Shown piece after piece: positions 18,120-27,100 of a stretch of DNA of 32,000 nt. How positions within the stretch are numbered: position 1 is the first letter of the stretch; each line of letters begins with the position of its first letter. Made by a program: the position numbers and the translations under genes. The notes below the pieces were generated by a model. The model saw only the letters and a list, made by a program, of their open reading frames with translations, had not been told where the DNA came from and did no database searches. Where the stretch lies: positions 510,001-542,000 of the forward strand of contig JANQMZ010000007.1 in NCBI GenBank assembly GCA_028279805.1, in the 5' to 3' direction. Source of the stretch: an archaeon. GTDB taxonomy: Archaea > Iainarchaeota > Iainarchaeia > Iainarchaeales > JANQMZ01.

Positions 18120-19331
18120 ATGACAAAAAATTCTAACATTTTTCAGGGAGAATTAAGCAAAAGCACGGTTTTTTTGAATAAAGATATTATTACGCCTCAT
18201 TATATGCCCAAAAAACTGCCTTTCAGGGAAAAACAAATAGAGGAAATGGTTTCATCTTTAAGCAATTCTTTAAAAAATCAGAAATCTGACAATTTGTTCA
18301 TTTATGGAAAAACAGGAACAGGGAAAACAAGCACAACAAGATTTGTTTTAAACCAGTTAAAAAATTTTGCAGAAGAACAAAAAGCTTCAATAGAAACAGT
18401 TTATGTTAATTGCAGGAATTATAACAGCAAATATAAAGTTTTAAGCAAAATTATTGCCAATTTTTACCCTGAAAAAGAATTCACAGGATTTTCAAGCAGT
18501 TTTGTTTACGAAAAAATGACAAATTTTGTGGAAGAAAACAACACACAGTTAATTATTGCACTGGATGAAATTGACAAACTAAAAGAATTAGATGACTTAA
18601 TTTATTCACTGACAAGAGCAAATGACGAATTAAACAAAGGAGGCATTGGTTTAATCGGAATAAGCAACCAGCTAACATTTAAAGACAAGCTTGACCCGAG
18701 AACAAAAAGTTCTTTGTGTGAAAAAGAAATGGTTTTCCCGCCATACAATGCTGAAGAAATCAGGGCAATTTTAAACGGAAGAATAAAAAAAGCATTCAAA
18801 CCTGAAACGGTTGAGGAATCCGCAATAAATCTTGCTTCAGCAATAGCTTCAAAAGAATCGGGAGATGCAAGAACTGCAGTAATGTTATTATTGAGAGCGG
18901 GAGAACAGGCTGATAAAAATAAAACAGAAAAAATTACAGACAAAGAAGTTCAGAAAGCAAGAAAAAAAGTTGAAGAGCAAATAATTTTTGACATGATATC
19001 CACATTACCGGAACAAGAACAACTTGTTTTGTATACAATAGCAAATTTAACAATTCACACAAAAGGAGTTAAAAGGCTTGGAAAAGAAAATGAAAAAGCA
19101 ATGCTTTTATCAGGGGAAATTTATGACGAATACAACAAAATGGCTAAAAATTTTGAAGAAAAACCGGTCAGCCAAAAATGGTTCGGGCAATATTTAACAG
19201 AATTAAACATGTACGGCCTGATAAACAGCACAATAAGTGGGAAAGGGCAGAGAGGAACAGCCAGAATAATACAGCTGGTTTTTGACCCTGTTCAGATAAA
19301 AAAAACAATTGAAAAAGAATTAAACCGTTAA
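18120..19331 (+). CDS. orc1: ORC1-type DNA replication protein (Cdc6/Orc1)
   Basis: Walker A YGKTGTGKTSTTRFVL, Walker B LIIALDEIDKL, LTRANDELNKGGIGLIGISNQLTFKDKLDPRTKSSL, C-terminal winged-helix region; track ORF opens at 18102, MTKNSNIF at 18120 preferred from TATA placement. Confidence 0.95.
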   Translation: MTKNSNIFQGELSKSTVFLNKDIITPHYMPKKLPFREKQIEEMVSSLSNSLKNQKSDNLFIYGKTGTGKTSTTRFVLNQLKNFAEEQKASIETVYVNCRNYNSKYKVLSKIIANFYPEKEFTGFSSSFVYEKMTNFVEENNTQLIIALDEIDKLKELDDLIYSLTRANDELNKGGIGLIGISNQLTFKDKLDPRTKSSLCEKEMVFPPYNAEEIRAILNGRIKKAFKPETVEESAINLASAIASKESGDARTAVMLLLRAGEQADKNKTEKITDKEVQKARKKVEEQIIFDMISTLPEQEQLVLYTIANLTIHTKGVKRLGKENEKAMLLSGEIYDEYNKMAKNFEEKPVSQKWFGQYLTELNMYGLINSTISGKGQRGTARIIQLVFDPVQIKKTIEKELNR

Positions 19332-22300
19332 GCCCCGCAAAGCCATTCATCTTTATCAGAAGCCGAATCAGCTATACTGTTTATCAAAGCCTGCTTATTC
19401 CAGTAATAAATATAATCATCAGTTTCCTGTTCCTGAATTACACAAAGTTTGCCGTCAGAAATTTGGGTTAAAAGATTTTCAAGAGTTTGAACTTTGAATT
19501 CTTCAGAATCAAAACCAGGGTTACCGGAACATTCATTTTGAACTGAAACAAGGTCATCATGAGCTGCATAAAACACTGAAGCTGATTTCAATTCATCATT
19601 TTCTCTGCCGGTTACATTTTCAAAAGTAAGACCAAAACCTGTTGAAGCACATGAAAGGGTGCCAGGTTTTGAGTCAGGTTTGCCTGAAAATAATCCTGAA
19701 CCGTACAAGTCTTTGCATTTACTTTCCCCGCCGGTTGCCCCCAAAGCAGTCCAGTTCAAAGCATAATCGTTTTTGCCTTCAAAAGTTTCAGTTCCGTTTA
19801 TTATTAAATTGTAAAACATTTCCGCTTTCTCATTTTCCACTTTTGCTGTTCCAAGAACAGGCAAAGCTTTTGTCGGTGAAAATTCCATAACAGTTGAGGA
19901 ATCATCAATTCTCAAAACAACGCCTGAATCATCATAATTAAAATGATTCAAAGAATCATAAACTTTTGTAAAAACACTGCCCCTTGTACCGGAATCAACT
20001 TCAGCACGAACATCAGAACTTACTTCAACAATGTTTTCATTAACCCCGAAATTGAAAGCCAGACCATAACCTGCCCTTGAATCTCCAATTCCAAGTTCTC
20101 CGTCAAAAGGAATTTCATACAACGGATTTGCAGGTGCGCCTGCAATTTTTTGCATTTCAACAGTTATATTTGACACAGGTTCACCCTGAGAATCAAAAAA
20201 AGCATTATTATAATTTTGAACATTTAAAATAATTTTGTATTTGCCGGCGTCAAACGAATTGGGTTCAAATGAAAGTTTTTCGGAATCCAGCAAATATTTG
20301 TGCCATTTTTCATTATATGATTCATCAGATTTTAAGCCACGGTAAACAGCGTCAAAATCCTGCCTAAAATCATCTGAAACTGCATCTTTCATTAAAAATG
20401 CAGTGAAAGGCATTTCAATATCAGCTTCAGGCTGGCCATCCAGTAATTCAAGCCTGTTAAGCAATGCAATTGCAAACTGTGTTGAATCACAATATGAAAC
20501 ATTTTGCAATAAAGCATCTTCTGATAACTGCTGGCCACAATTGTTTGTTTTTGAAATAATGTCAGCAAACCCGATTTCATTATAATTCCATGAATAAAAC
20601 AGGTCAGGTTTTGCATCTTCCCCTGTAAAACCTGTTTGCCCGTTAGGCAAAGTGCATTCATCCTGTGTCACAGCTGTTTCTTCAACAAGCAGCTTAAAAT
20701 TCATGTACTCTGTTTTTTTAACAGCAGATGAAAAATGCAAAACATCTGAAACGGAATTTGAAATATTAAAATTTCCGCCCGCATCAACAAAACTATAATT
20801 AACAGTCAAACTTATATCAAAAGGTTCAGGACCAGAATTTTCACTGTAATCCGCAGACATTCTTATAATCATGGAATCCTGAGGCAAAACTTTGTTTGCT
20901 CCGTCCAGGTCAGGAAACTCACATTCTAATCCAAACTGGTCACAGTTATGGGAAACTGAATCAATTTGAACAGTTCCTTCGTTCAAATTTTCAGGGTTTA
21001 TTTTTTCCAGATTCCAGAAAGTCCAGACCAAAACTGTTTTATCGGTTGGATTTGGCAAAGGCACAACTTTTTTGCCCGGAGCAGTTAAAGCGGTTGTTCC
21101 CGGCAATCCAATTGTAATATTCTGAGAATCTTCATGCTGTTCTGCCGCTTTGTCATTAGCTGTAAGATTCACAGCGTAAACTCCTGCAGCATCGTAAACA
21201 TGGTCAACTGAAAACTCGTTATTTGCATTTAGTGTTAAAGAACCTGAATTTGTTCCGTCACCAAAATCGAGAACACATGAATCAAGTGAATTCCCTGAAA
21301 CAACACAGGCATTGGCTGAATCATTATCAGCATCATTACAGCTTCCCGTAAAAGTAACGGTTTCATTAACCTCAAATTCAGGCACCAAAAACTGGAACAA
21401 ATCGGCAACCGGCATGTTGTTTGGCGGGGTAACCAAAAGCTTTACAGTATCCTCAACAAAAGCATCAGATGAATCTTTTGATGTTAAAACAACATCATAT
21501 TCACATTCAGGAGAATCTGAAAAAGCATGGGTTGTTGTTGCATCACACTGTGTTCCATCAGTATTTAAGCATTCTGAAGACAACAATTCCTGGGTTGTTC
21601 CGTCACCAAAATCAATATTGCATGAAACCAAGTCCTTGTTAACAGTTTCAGAGCATTTGGCATTAAAAGTCACATCAGTGTCCGGTCTTACGGATGCCTG
21701 TTCATCCTGTTCCTGACCTGAAGCATCTGTTGCTTTCAAATCAGATTCCAAAATGTTTCCCTGTTTTTGTTTTATTGTAAAATTAACATGCTCTGTCCAG
21801 GTAAAAGAACCTGAATTTTCTGATGAATTTGAACTGCTGTGCTCTTTTGCAAATTCTAAAGATAAAGGATGTTCTGAGTCATCAGCAGGGTTTGCAAAGC
21901 TGAAAACATGTTCAAAATTTTTTCTTCCAAAACACAAATTGTGGCCATTAGGAGTTGTTAGTTCTGGTCCAGAGCAATCCCATTCCAGTTTACCCAGACC
22001 TGAATTGTTTCCGGAACTGTTTGCAACCTCGCTTGAATCAAGTTTTAATCTCAGCAAAGGGTCAGTTGTTTTCATTTCAGCTCCGACAATATCCGGAACA
22101 GAGTAAAGCTCCTCATTTGTCAAACCGGAACAAGCATTTTCACAAACTCCTGAAACATTTGAAGAATCGCAAGTGTTTTCACGGTCCAGCGGATCCGTTC
22201 CTCCAGCTGACGCTTTCCAGTAATCACTTTCTTCACTGTTGCACATAATATTGTTTTCCAATTTGAAGGATGTGTTTCCACTGCCACTGCTTTCAACACC

Positions 22301-23617
22301 ATAAAAAAAATCAAGAATTTTGTTATTTTGAATTTTCATATCAGGAATAGAATCGCCGTGAATAACGGTTATTCCGTGAGGAGAATCATCTGTTTGTTCC
22401 TGGTTAAACAAAACATTATCTTTAACTGTTGTAAAAGGAGCCCAAGCAGCAATTCCTTGTACCCTAAAAGGCCCTTTTAACAGATTGTTTTGAATAAAAT
22501 TTGTTTTATTTATCTCTGACTCTGATCCTGAAAATATTATTCCCCGTCCCATTTTTTCCCGCCAAAATACGTCATTGGACAAAATTGTATTATTGGAAAC
22601 TTCATTTCCATTCGCCCCGACATTTCCGGTGACATTTCCGGTGGACACGCGAATTCCTTCATATATTGCTCCTTCAATTTCGTTATTGTAAATTTTTGAA
22701 TCAAACACCTTACTATTAATACCATAACCAAAATCGCCCTTAATTGAACAATTTGTTACGGTTGCATTTTTCATTTTTTTGACAGCCAATGCGGTATTCT
22801 GAACATCATACACTAAACCGGTTAGAATTGAATTGCCCAGACAATCCAAATTTGTTGGTAAAAATTCATCTTCTTCTCTTACAAAAAAAGTTCCAGGGTC
22901 ATTAACAGGAGAAAAACGTTCTTTTTTTACGCTGACTACTCCACCATTTCTTTCAAAATCCTCTTCCCCGACTCCCAGTTGCAAAGAATCTCTATTTCCG
23001 GTAAAAAACCCAGTAGTGTCAAAATCTTTTACAAGATAAAAAGTTTTAGGCAGATAACTTACAGGAATATCAACTCCGAATTTTTGAACGTTGTCATGCT
23101 CATCCCTTACTTTTGAGTCCCCCCACTGCCAAGGATAAGAATGATCTGTTACATGTGAAAAAGGATCATATTTTTGACCGTCTTTGTCTTCAGCCGGATT
23201 TGTGAATTCATGAAGCTTTGAACAGTTCCCGGCACGGTCAGAACAATGCTGGTGCCAGCCCGAATATGTTACAATAATATCTCCAACAGCAATATCAGAA
23301 CCGTATAATTCCACAGTATTATCCCTTAGAGGAGAATAGGTTTGCTTGTAATCAATTTTTTCAACAACAGCTTTTGAACCGTTTAAAAGCTCAATTGTAT
23401 CCCCGGCATTTATTGTGCTATTATCAGAATCCTCAGAATCATAAACCCCTATTTCATTGCCTGCAGGATCATAAAATTTGATTAAATATGAAAATGTTCC
23501 CGTGGTTGTATCCTCCAAATATAATTCCTGCTGGTCTGCATAAATAAGCTTGGCGGAAACAAAAGAAAACATCATTGAAAAACATAAAACTATGAGCAAA
23601 AATTTTTTCACATTCAT
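19328..23617 (-). CDS. giant secreted surface protein with parallel beta-helix-like and PKD-like domains
   Basis: 1429 aa; signal peptide MNVKKFLLIVLCFSMMFSFVSA; Asn/Ser-rich beta-helix-like region (NATVTNCSIKGDFGYGINSKVFDSKIYNNEIEGAIYEG...NNTILSN...NNLLKG...DNVLFN...NNKILDF); two PKD-like FGDGT units; no C-terminal TM. Confidence 0.85.
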   Translation of the reverse strand: MNVKKFLLIVLCFSMMFSFVSAKLIYADQQELYLEDTTTGTFSYLIKFYDPAGNEIGVYDSEDSDNSTINAGDTIELLNGSKAVVEKIDYKQTYSPLRDNTVELYGSDIAVGDIIVTYSGWHQHCSDRAGNCSKLHEFTNPAEDKDGQKYDPFSHVTDHSYPWQWGDSKVRDEHDNVQKFGVDIPVSYLPKTFYLVKDFDTTGFFTGNRDSLQLGVGEEDFERNGGVVSVKKERFSPVNDPGTFFVREEDEFLPTNLDCLGNSILTGLVYDVQNTALAVKKMKNATVTNCSIKGDFGYGINSKVFDSKIYNNEIEGAIYEGIRVSTGNVTGNVGANGNEVSNNTILSNDVFWREKMGRGIIFSGSESEINKTNFIQNNLLKGPFRVQGIAAWAPFTTVKDNVLFNQEQTDDSPHGITVIHGDSIPDMKIQNNKILDFFYGVESSGSGNTSFKLENNIMCNSEESDYWKASAGGTDPLDRENTCDSSNVSGVCENACSGLTNEELYSVPDIVGAEMKTTDPLLRLKLDSSEVANSSGNNSGLGKLEWDCSGPELTTPNGHNLCFGRKNFEHVFSFANPADDSEHPLSLEFAKEHSSSNSSENSGSFTWTEHVNFTIKQKQGNILESDLKATDASGQEQDEQASVRPDTDVTFNAKCSETVNKDLVSCNIDFGDGTTQELLSSECLNTDGTQCDATTTHAFSDSPECEYDVVLTSKDSSDAFVEDTVKLLVTPPNNMPVADLFQFLVPEFEVNETVTFTGSCNDADNDSANACVVSGNSLDSCVLDFGDGTNSGSLTLNANNEFSVDHVYDAAGVYAVNLTANDKAAEQHEDSQNITIGLPGTTALTAPGKKVVPLPNPTDKTVLVWTFWNLEKINPENLNEGTVQIDSVSHNCDQFGLECEFPDLDGANKVLPQDSMIIRMSADYSENSGPEPFDISLTVNYSFVDAGGNFNISNSVSDVLHFSSAVKKTEYMNFKLLVEETAVTQDECTLPNGQTGFTGEDAKPDLFYSWNYNEIGFADIISKTNNCGQQLSEDALLQNVSYCDSTQFAIALLNRLELLDGQPEADIEMPFTAFLMKDAVSDDFRQDFDAVYRGLKSDESYNEKWHKYLLDSEKLSFEPNSFDAGKYKIILNVQNYNNAFFDSQGEPVSNITVEMQKIAGAPANPLYEIPFDGELGIGDSRAGYGLAFNFGVNENIVEVSSDVRAEVDSGTRGSVFTKVYDSLNHFNYDDSGVVLRIDDSSTVMEFSPTKALPVLGTAKVENEKAEMFYNLIINGTETFEGKNDYALNWTALGATGGESKCKDLYGSGLFSGKPDSKPGTLSCASTGFGLTFENVTGRENDELKSASVFYAAHDDLVSVQNECSGNPGFDSEEFKVQTLENLLTQISDGKLCVIQEQETDDYIYYWNKQALINSIADSASDKDEWLCGA

Positions 23618-24138
23618 TTCATTTCACCTTTTTTTGTAGGATGCTTGCCTGTAATCGCTTTTAACTTTTTGTCTTTGCCTCTGCCAAAAACAAACACAAT
23701 TAGAACAATTAAAACAGCTAAAATTATTAAAATGTTTAAAGGGGATAAAAGGTTTGGTGTTGTTGTGGCCATGCCACTGTTTTCACCATGCCTTGCTAAA
23801 TTAAAATAAATTTTGGGATTCTGAAAGCCTGTTTTTTTGTTGTTAAAAATTAAAGCATATTCTCCCGGTTCAAGGGAAATGCTTTGAGAAAAACTTGTCG
23901 TGTTTTCAATGCTTTGTTCAAAAACCTGGTTATTTTCAGAATCCAGAATAAAAAAAGCTGCATTAATTGGTTCATTGTTCTGGGATGAAACACTTAAATT
24001 AAAATTTCCGGAAAAACTGCCTGAAACATTTAAACCGTTATCCTGAACAGTGAAAGGTAACACAGCATCAAAAGATTCCGCATTAACAGCTGAAAAAAGC
24101 ATGAAAAATGCCAAAATTGTGAAAATTTTTTTATTCAA
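23614..24138 (-). CDS. small exported protein with C-terminal transmembrane anchor
   Basis: 174 aa; signal peptide MNKKIFTILAFFMLFSAVNA, Ig-like beta-rich middle, C-terminal TM NILIILAVLIVLIVFVFG followed by a basic RGKDKK tail; overlaps both neighbours by 4 nt. Confidence 0.8.
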   Translation of the reverse strand: MNKKIFTILAFFMLFSAVNAESFDAVLPFTVQDNGLNVSGSFSGNFNLSVSSQNNEPINAAFFILDSENNQVFEQSIENTTSFSQSISLEPGEYALIFNNKKTGFQNPKIYFNLARHGENSGMATTTPNLLSPLNILIILAVLIVLIVFVFGRGKDKKLKAITGKHPTKKGEMK

Positions 24139-27100
24139 CCTGAATCACTCACCGTATCAGTAAAAATGCTGTAAAAATAACTTGTTGCCCTTACATCTTC
24201 ATTTGTCATTGTAAAATTGTACACCTGAGTGTTTCTTGACTCATCAAAAGGATAAGAACCTATTAAAGAACGGTTTTCAAGCCATACAACAATGTTTTGT
24301 TCAGACGCTTGCGCTGTAAAAGAAACAGATTTAACATCACTTGACTGCAAATTGTTTTGGGTTAAATAATCATCAAATTGTTTAAAAGCATCAAAAGGAG
24401 CAAGTTCCCTTGTCTGCCCCCTGAACAAGCCTTGTTGAGGATAATTTTCAGTATCTTCATCAACAGAATCATCTTTTAACACTACAATCATTTTAACAGT
24501 TGTGTCAAAAAACAAGCTTTCCTCAGTGTCAATTTCAGGCGTCAAATCGGTTATTGAAATCTTTGATGGTTCGCTTGTCGAAGCTTCAGCTGGCTCATCC
24601 GAATCAGTAAAGCACTTGTTTGTAAAAAAACCTGTTTCCCTTTTTTCTCCCAGTTCCAGGTTTATCCTGTAACTGTCCATTGAAAAACAATTATTTGGAT
24701 CTGTAACAAAAGCTTCAATGTCTTTTGCCAAAACCGGTGTTTCATTTTGAGCAAATCTTCCAAAAATTTTCACGGGAAACAATCCAGTTGTAGCAAGAGT
24801 GTTTGGCTGCAAATCAGATGAAACTGTAACAGTTTTTGATTCTGCATTGTTTAAAGAAAATTCTTCTCCAACATCAGGACTTGTAACCAAATCACTGCCT
24901 ATTGACAAAAATATTTCCTGAGAACATGATGAAAAAATTATAAAGTTTTCAGAGCCCTGCCTTTCAACTGAAACAGTTTCCTTGTCATAAGTCAGACAAC
25001 TGAACAAAGTGTTTTCAGATGAAGATGACTGAACGTCAAGAGTTTCATTATAAGTTCTGAAGCCCGATTTTGTTGCTCTGAATAAAATTTGCTGACCATA
25101 AGCACCCAAATTTGTTAACTCATTTTCAGGAATTGTAAACTCTCCCGCATCATTGCTTTCATGATTCCCTGTTATCTGGGTTGAATCCAGAGCAAACAAT
25201 GCAATCGTTGCACCTTCAACAGGTTCTGATTGTTCATCTGTAATTGTTCCTGAAATAAGAGGCTGGTTAACCGGTTCAACGGTTTCAGGCAGACCATTAA
25301 CAATTAATTCTTCAGAAGAAAGTGTTTTGAAAAAAATTGAAAACCTGTCATTTACTGAATTTCCCGAATCAAAATCAAATTTTAATTCAACATTGTCTTT
25401 TTCCTCAGAACCCTTAATGTTAAAAATGCCTGAATGAAAATTTTCATGGTTAATGGTTTCATTATTAAAAACAGTGAATTTTCCTGTCGGAACATTTTCC
25501 GGCGGGTTTAGCCAGATTGAAAAAATTTTGCTTGAAACACTTGAAGCATTTTCTTCAGTTTTTAAAGAAGCATTTGAAAAATCCTGTTCAGAACAATTAA
25601 ACGCAGAATAGCCTATTTGGTAAGGCTGTTTTACCGCAACTGAGGAAATGTTTCTTGAGCCTGTTAACAAAATGTTAGGGTTTTTGTCAGAATTTTGAGG
25701 CAATTCCTTTCCGGGATTTATTGAAAACTGCCATAACAAATCTTTTGATGAGGGAAAACACAAAACTTTTCCCATTTCAAAAACTTCAAGATGTGTTCCG
25801 GTTGAAGGGTCAAAAAGGGTGTTGCCTGAAACACTTGTAACGGCTGCATGCCTTAACTGTAATTTTTCAGTGGCATTTTTTTCAATTTCCAGTTCAGCAA
25901 TAATTGGAACAATTACAGGTCCTGAAATTAAATTAAAATTAATCAAGGATGATTTGGAGTTTTCACCCGGTGTTGTGTTTTTGCATCCCTGTTCATCTGA
26001 TGTAAAAAACTGGTCGGATGAATTAAAACAATTTGAAAGGGAAATGTCATCGGATAAAGCTGACTGAACATTTTTTAACGCAATTTTATAACCGGAATTT
26101 GGAATTTTGTTCTGAGATTCCAAGCCGACACGAATGTGCTGAATTAAATCAGTGTAAACGGAATCTTTTTGCATTATTAACAAAAATTTTGCAAAAACTT
26201 TTTGGTCCTGGTTTAATGATTCAATTATTGGAACCTGCCTCTGGCAATCCGAATCAAAGCATAAATATTCAAACCAGCTTAACAAATCAGAGTCAGGCAA
26301 ATCATCAAGGTCTTTTTCTGCCCACAATTCTATTGTGATTTTTTGAGTGTTTTTTTTCAAAACCGTTACAAGAGTGTTGGAATAAGATGAAATATATTCA
26401 GAAGCCGAAGCCTTAACATAAAAATTTTCACCAGCCTTCAAGTCAATTGAAGTGCATAACCCTTTTGAATCAGTTGTACATGAATCTTTTTCCGTGTCCG
26501 TTTCCGATTCAAAAAAAGTTACGGTTGCTCCGGAAACCGGTTCAGCTGTTTTATGGTCAACAATTAATGCTTCAATAAATCCTGTGCCTTTTTCCATTCT
26601 GATCTCAAAAGATTCTGTTTCACCCGCAGAAATTTCTTTATCATCTGACACTCCTTCCTCATTTCCTTTTTTTGCATTAACAAAATAATCCCCTTGAGGC
26701 AAAAACACATCGGAAAAAGAATAGGTTCCGTCTTCAAGCGTTAATTCACCCAAAGGATTGCTTATAACAACGCCAAAACTTGCTTCATGCAAAAAAACCA
26801 GTGCATTTGAAGCTGTTTCACCGGATTCTGAAAAAACGGTAACATCAGCCAAACCATAATTTTGATTCACTTTGTCAACTTTTTCAATTTCAATTTGTTC
26901 CGGGTTTTCAGGAATTGTGTCAAAAACCGGAAGTTTTTGAACTTTTAGAAAATAATCTTCAGCAGAAACAACAGCAATAATATCCTCATTTTGAATGTTT
27001 CCAACCGCAAAAGCTTTTGAGCCTTTTAAAGCAGAAAAACTTTTCAAAAAAACAGTGTTTTTGAAAAGACGCACATTTGAGGCAATGTTTTGTTTTGATT

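Noticed and set aside
20392-20661. Minus-strand 89-aa ORF inside the giant gene
   Set aside because: Out-of-frame ORF inside a clearly coding 4.3-kb frame with a signal peptide and PKD-like motifs; no support.
19642-23039. Many plus-strand ORFs of 60-134 aa opposite the 1429-aa gene (e.g. 21312-21716, 21753-22106, 21955-22248)
   Set aside because: Antisense shadows of a long coding frame. They have low-complexity Ser/Phe/Leu-rich translations with no motifs, and several overlap each other.
23614-24138. 174-aa protein as the archaeosortase substrate
   Set aside because: It has a C-terminal TM and basic residues, but no evident sorting motif and a long tail after the TM; it does not fit the usual tripartite signal.
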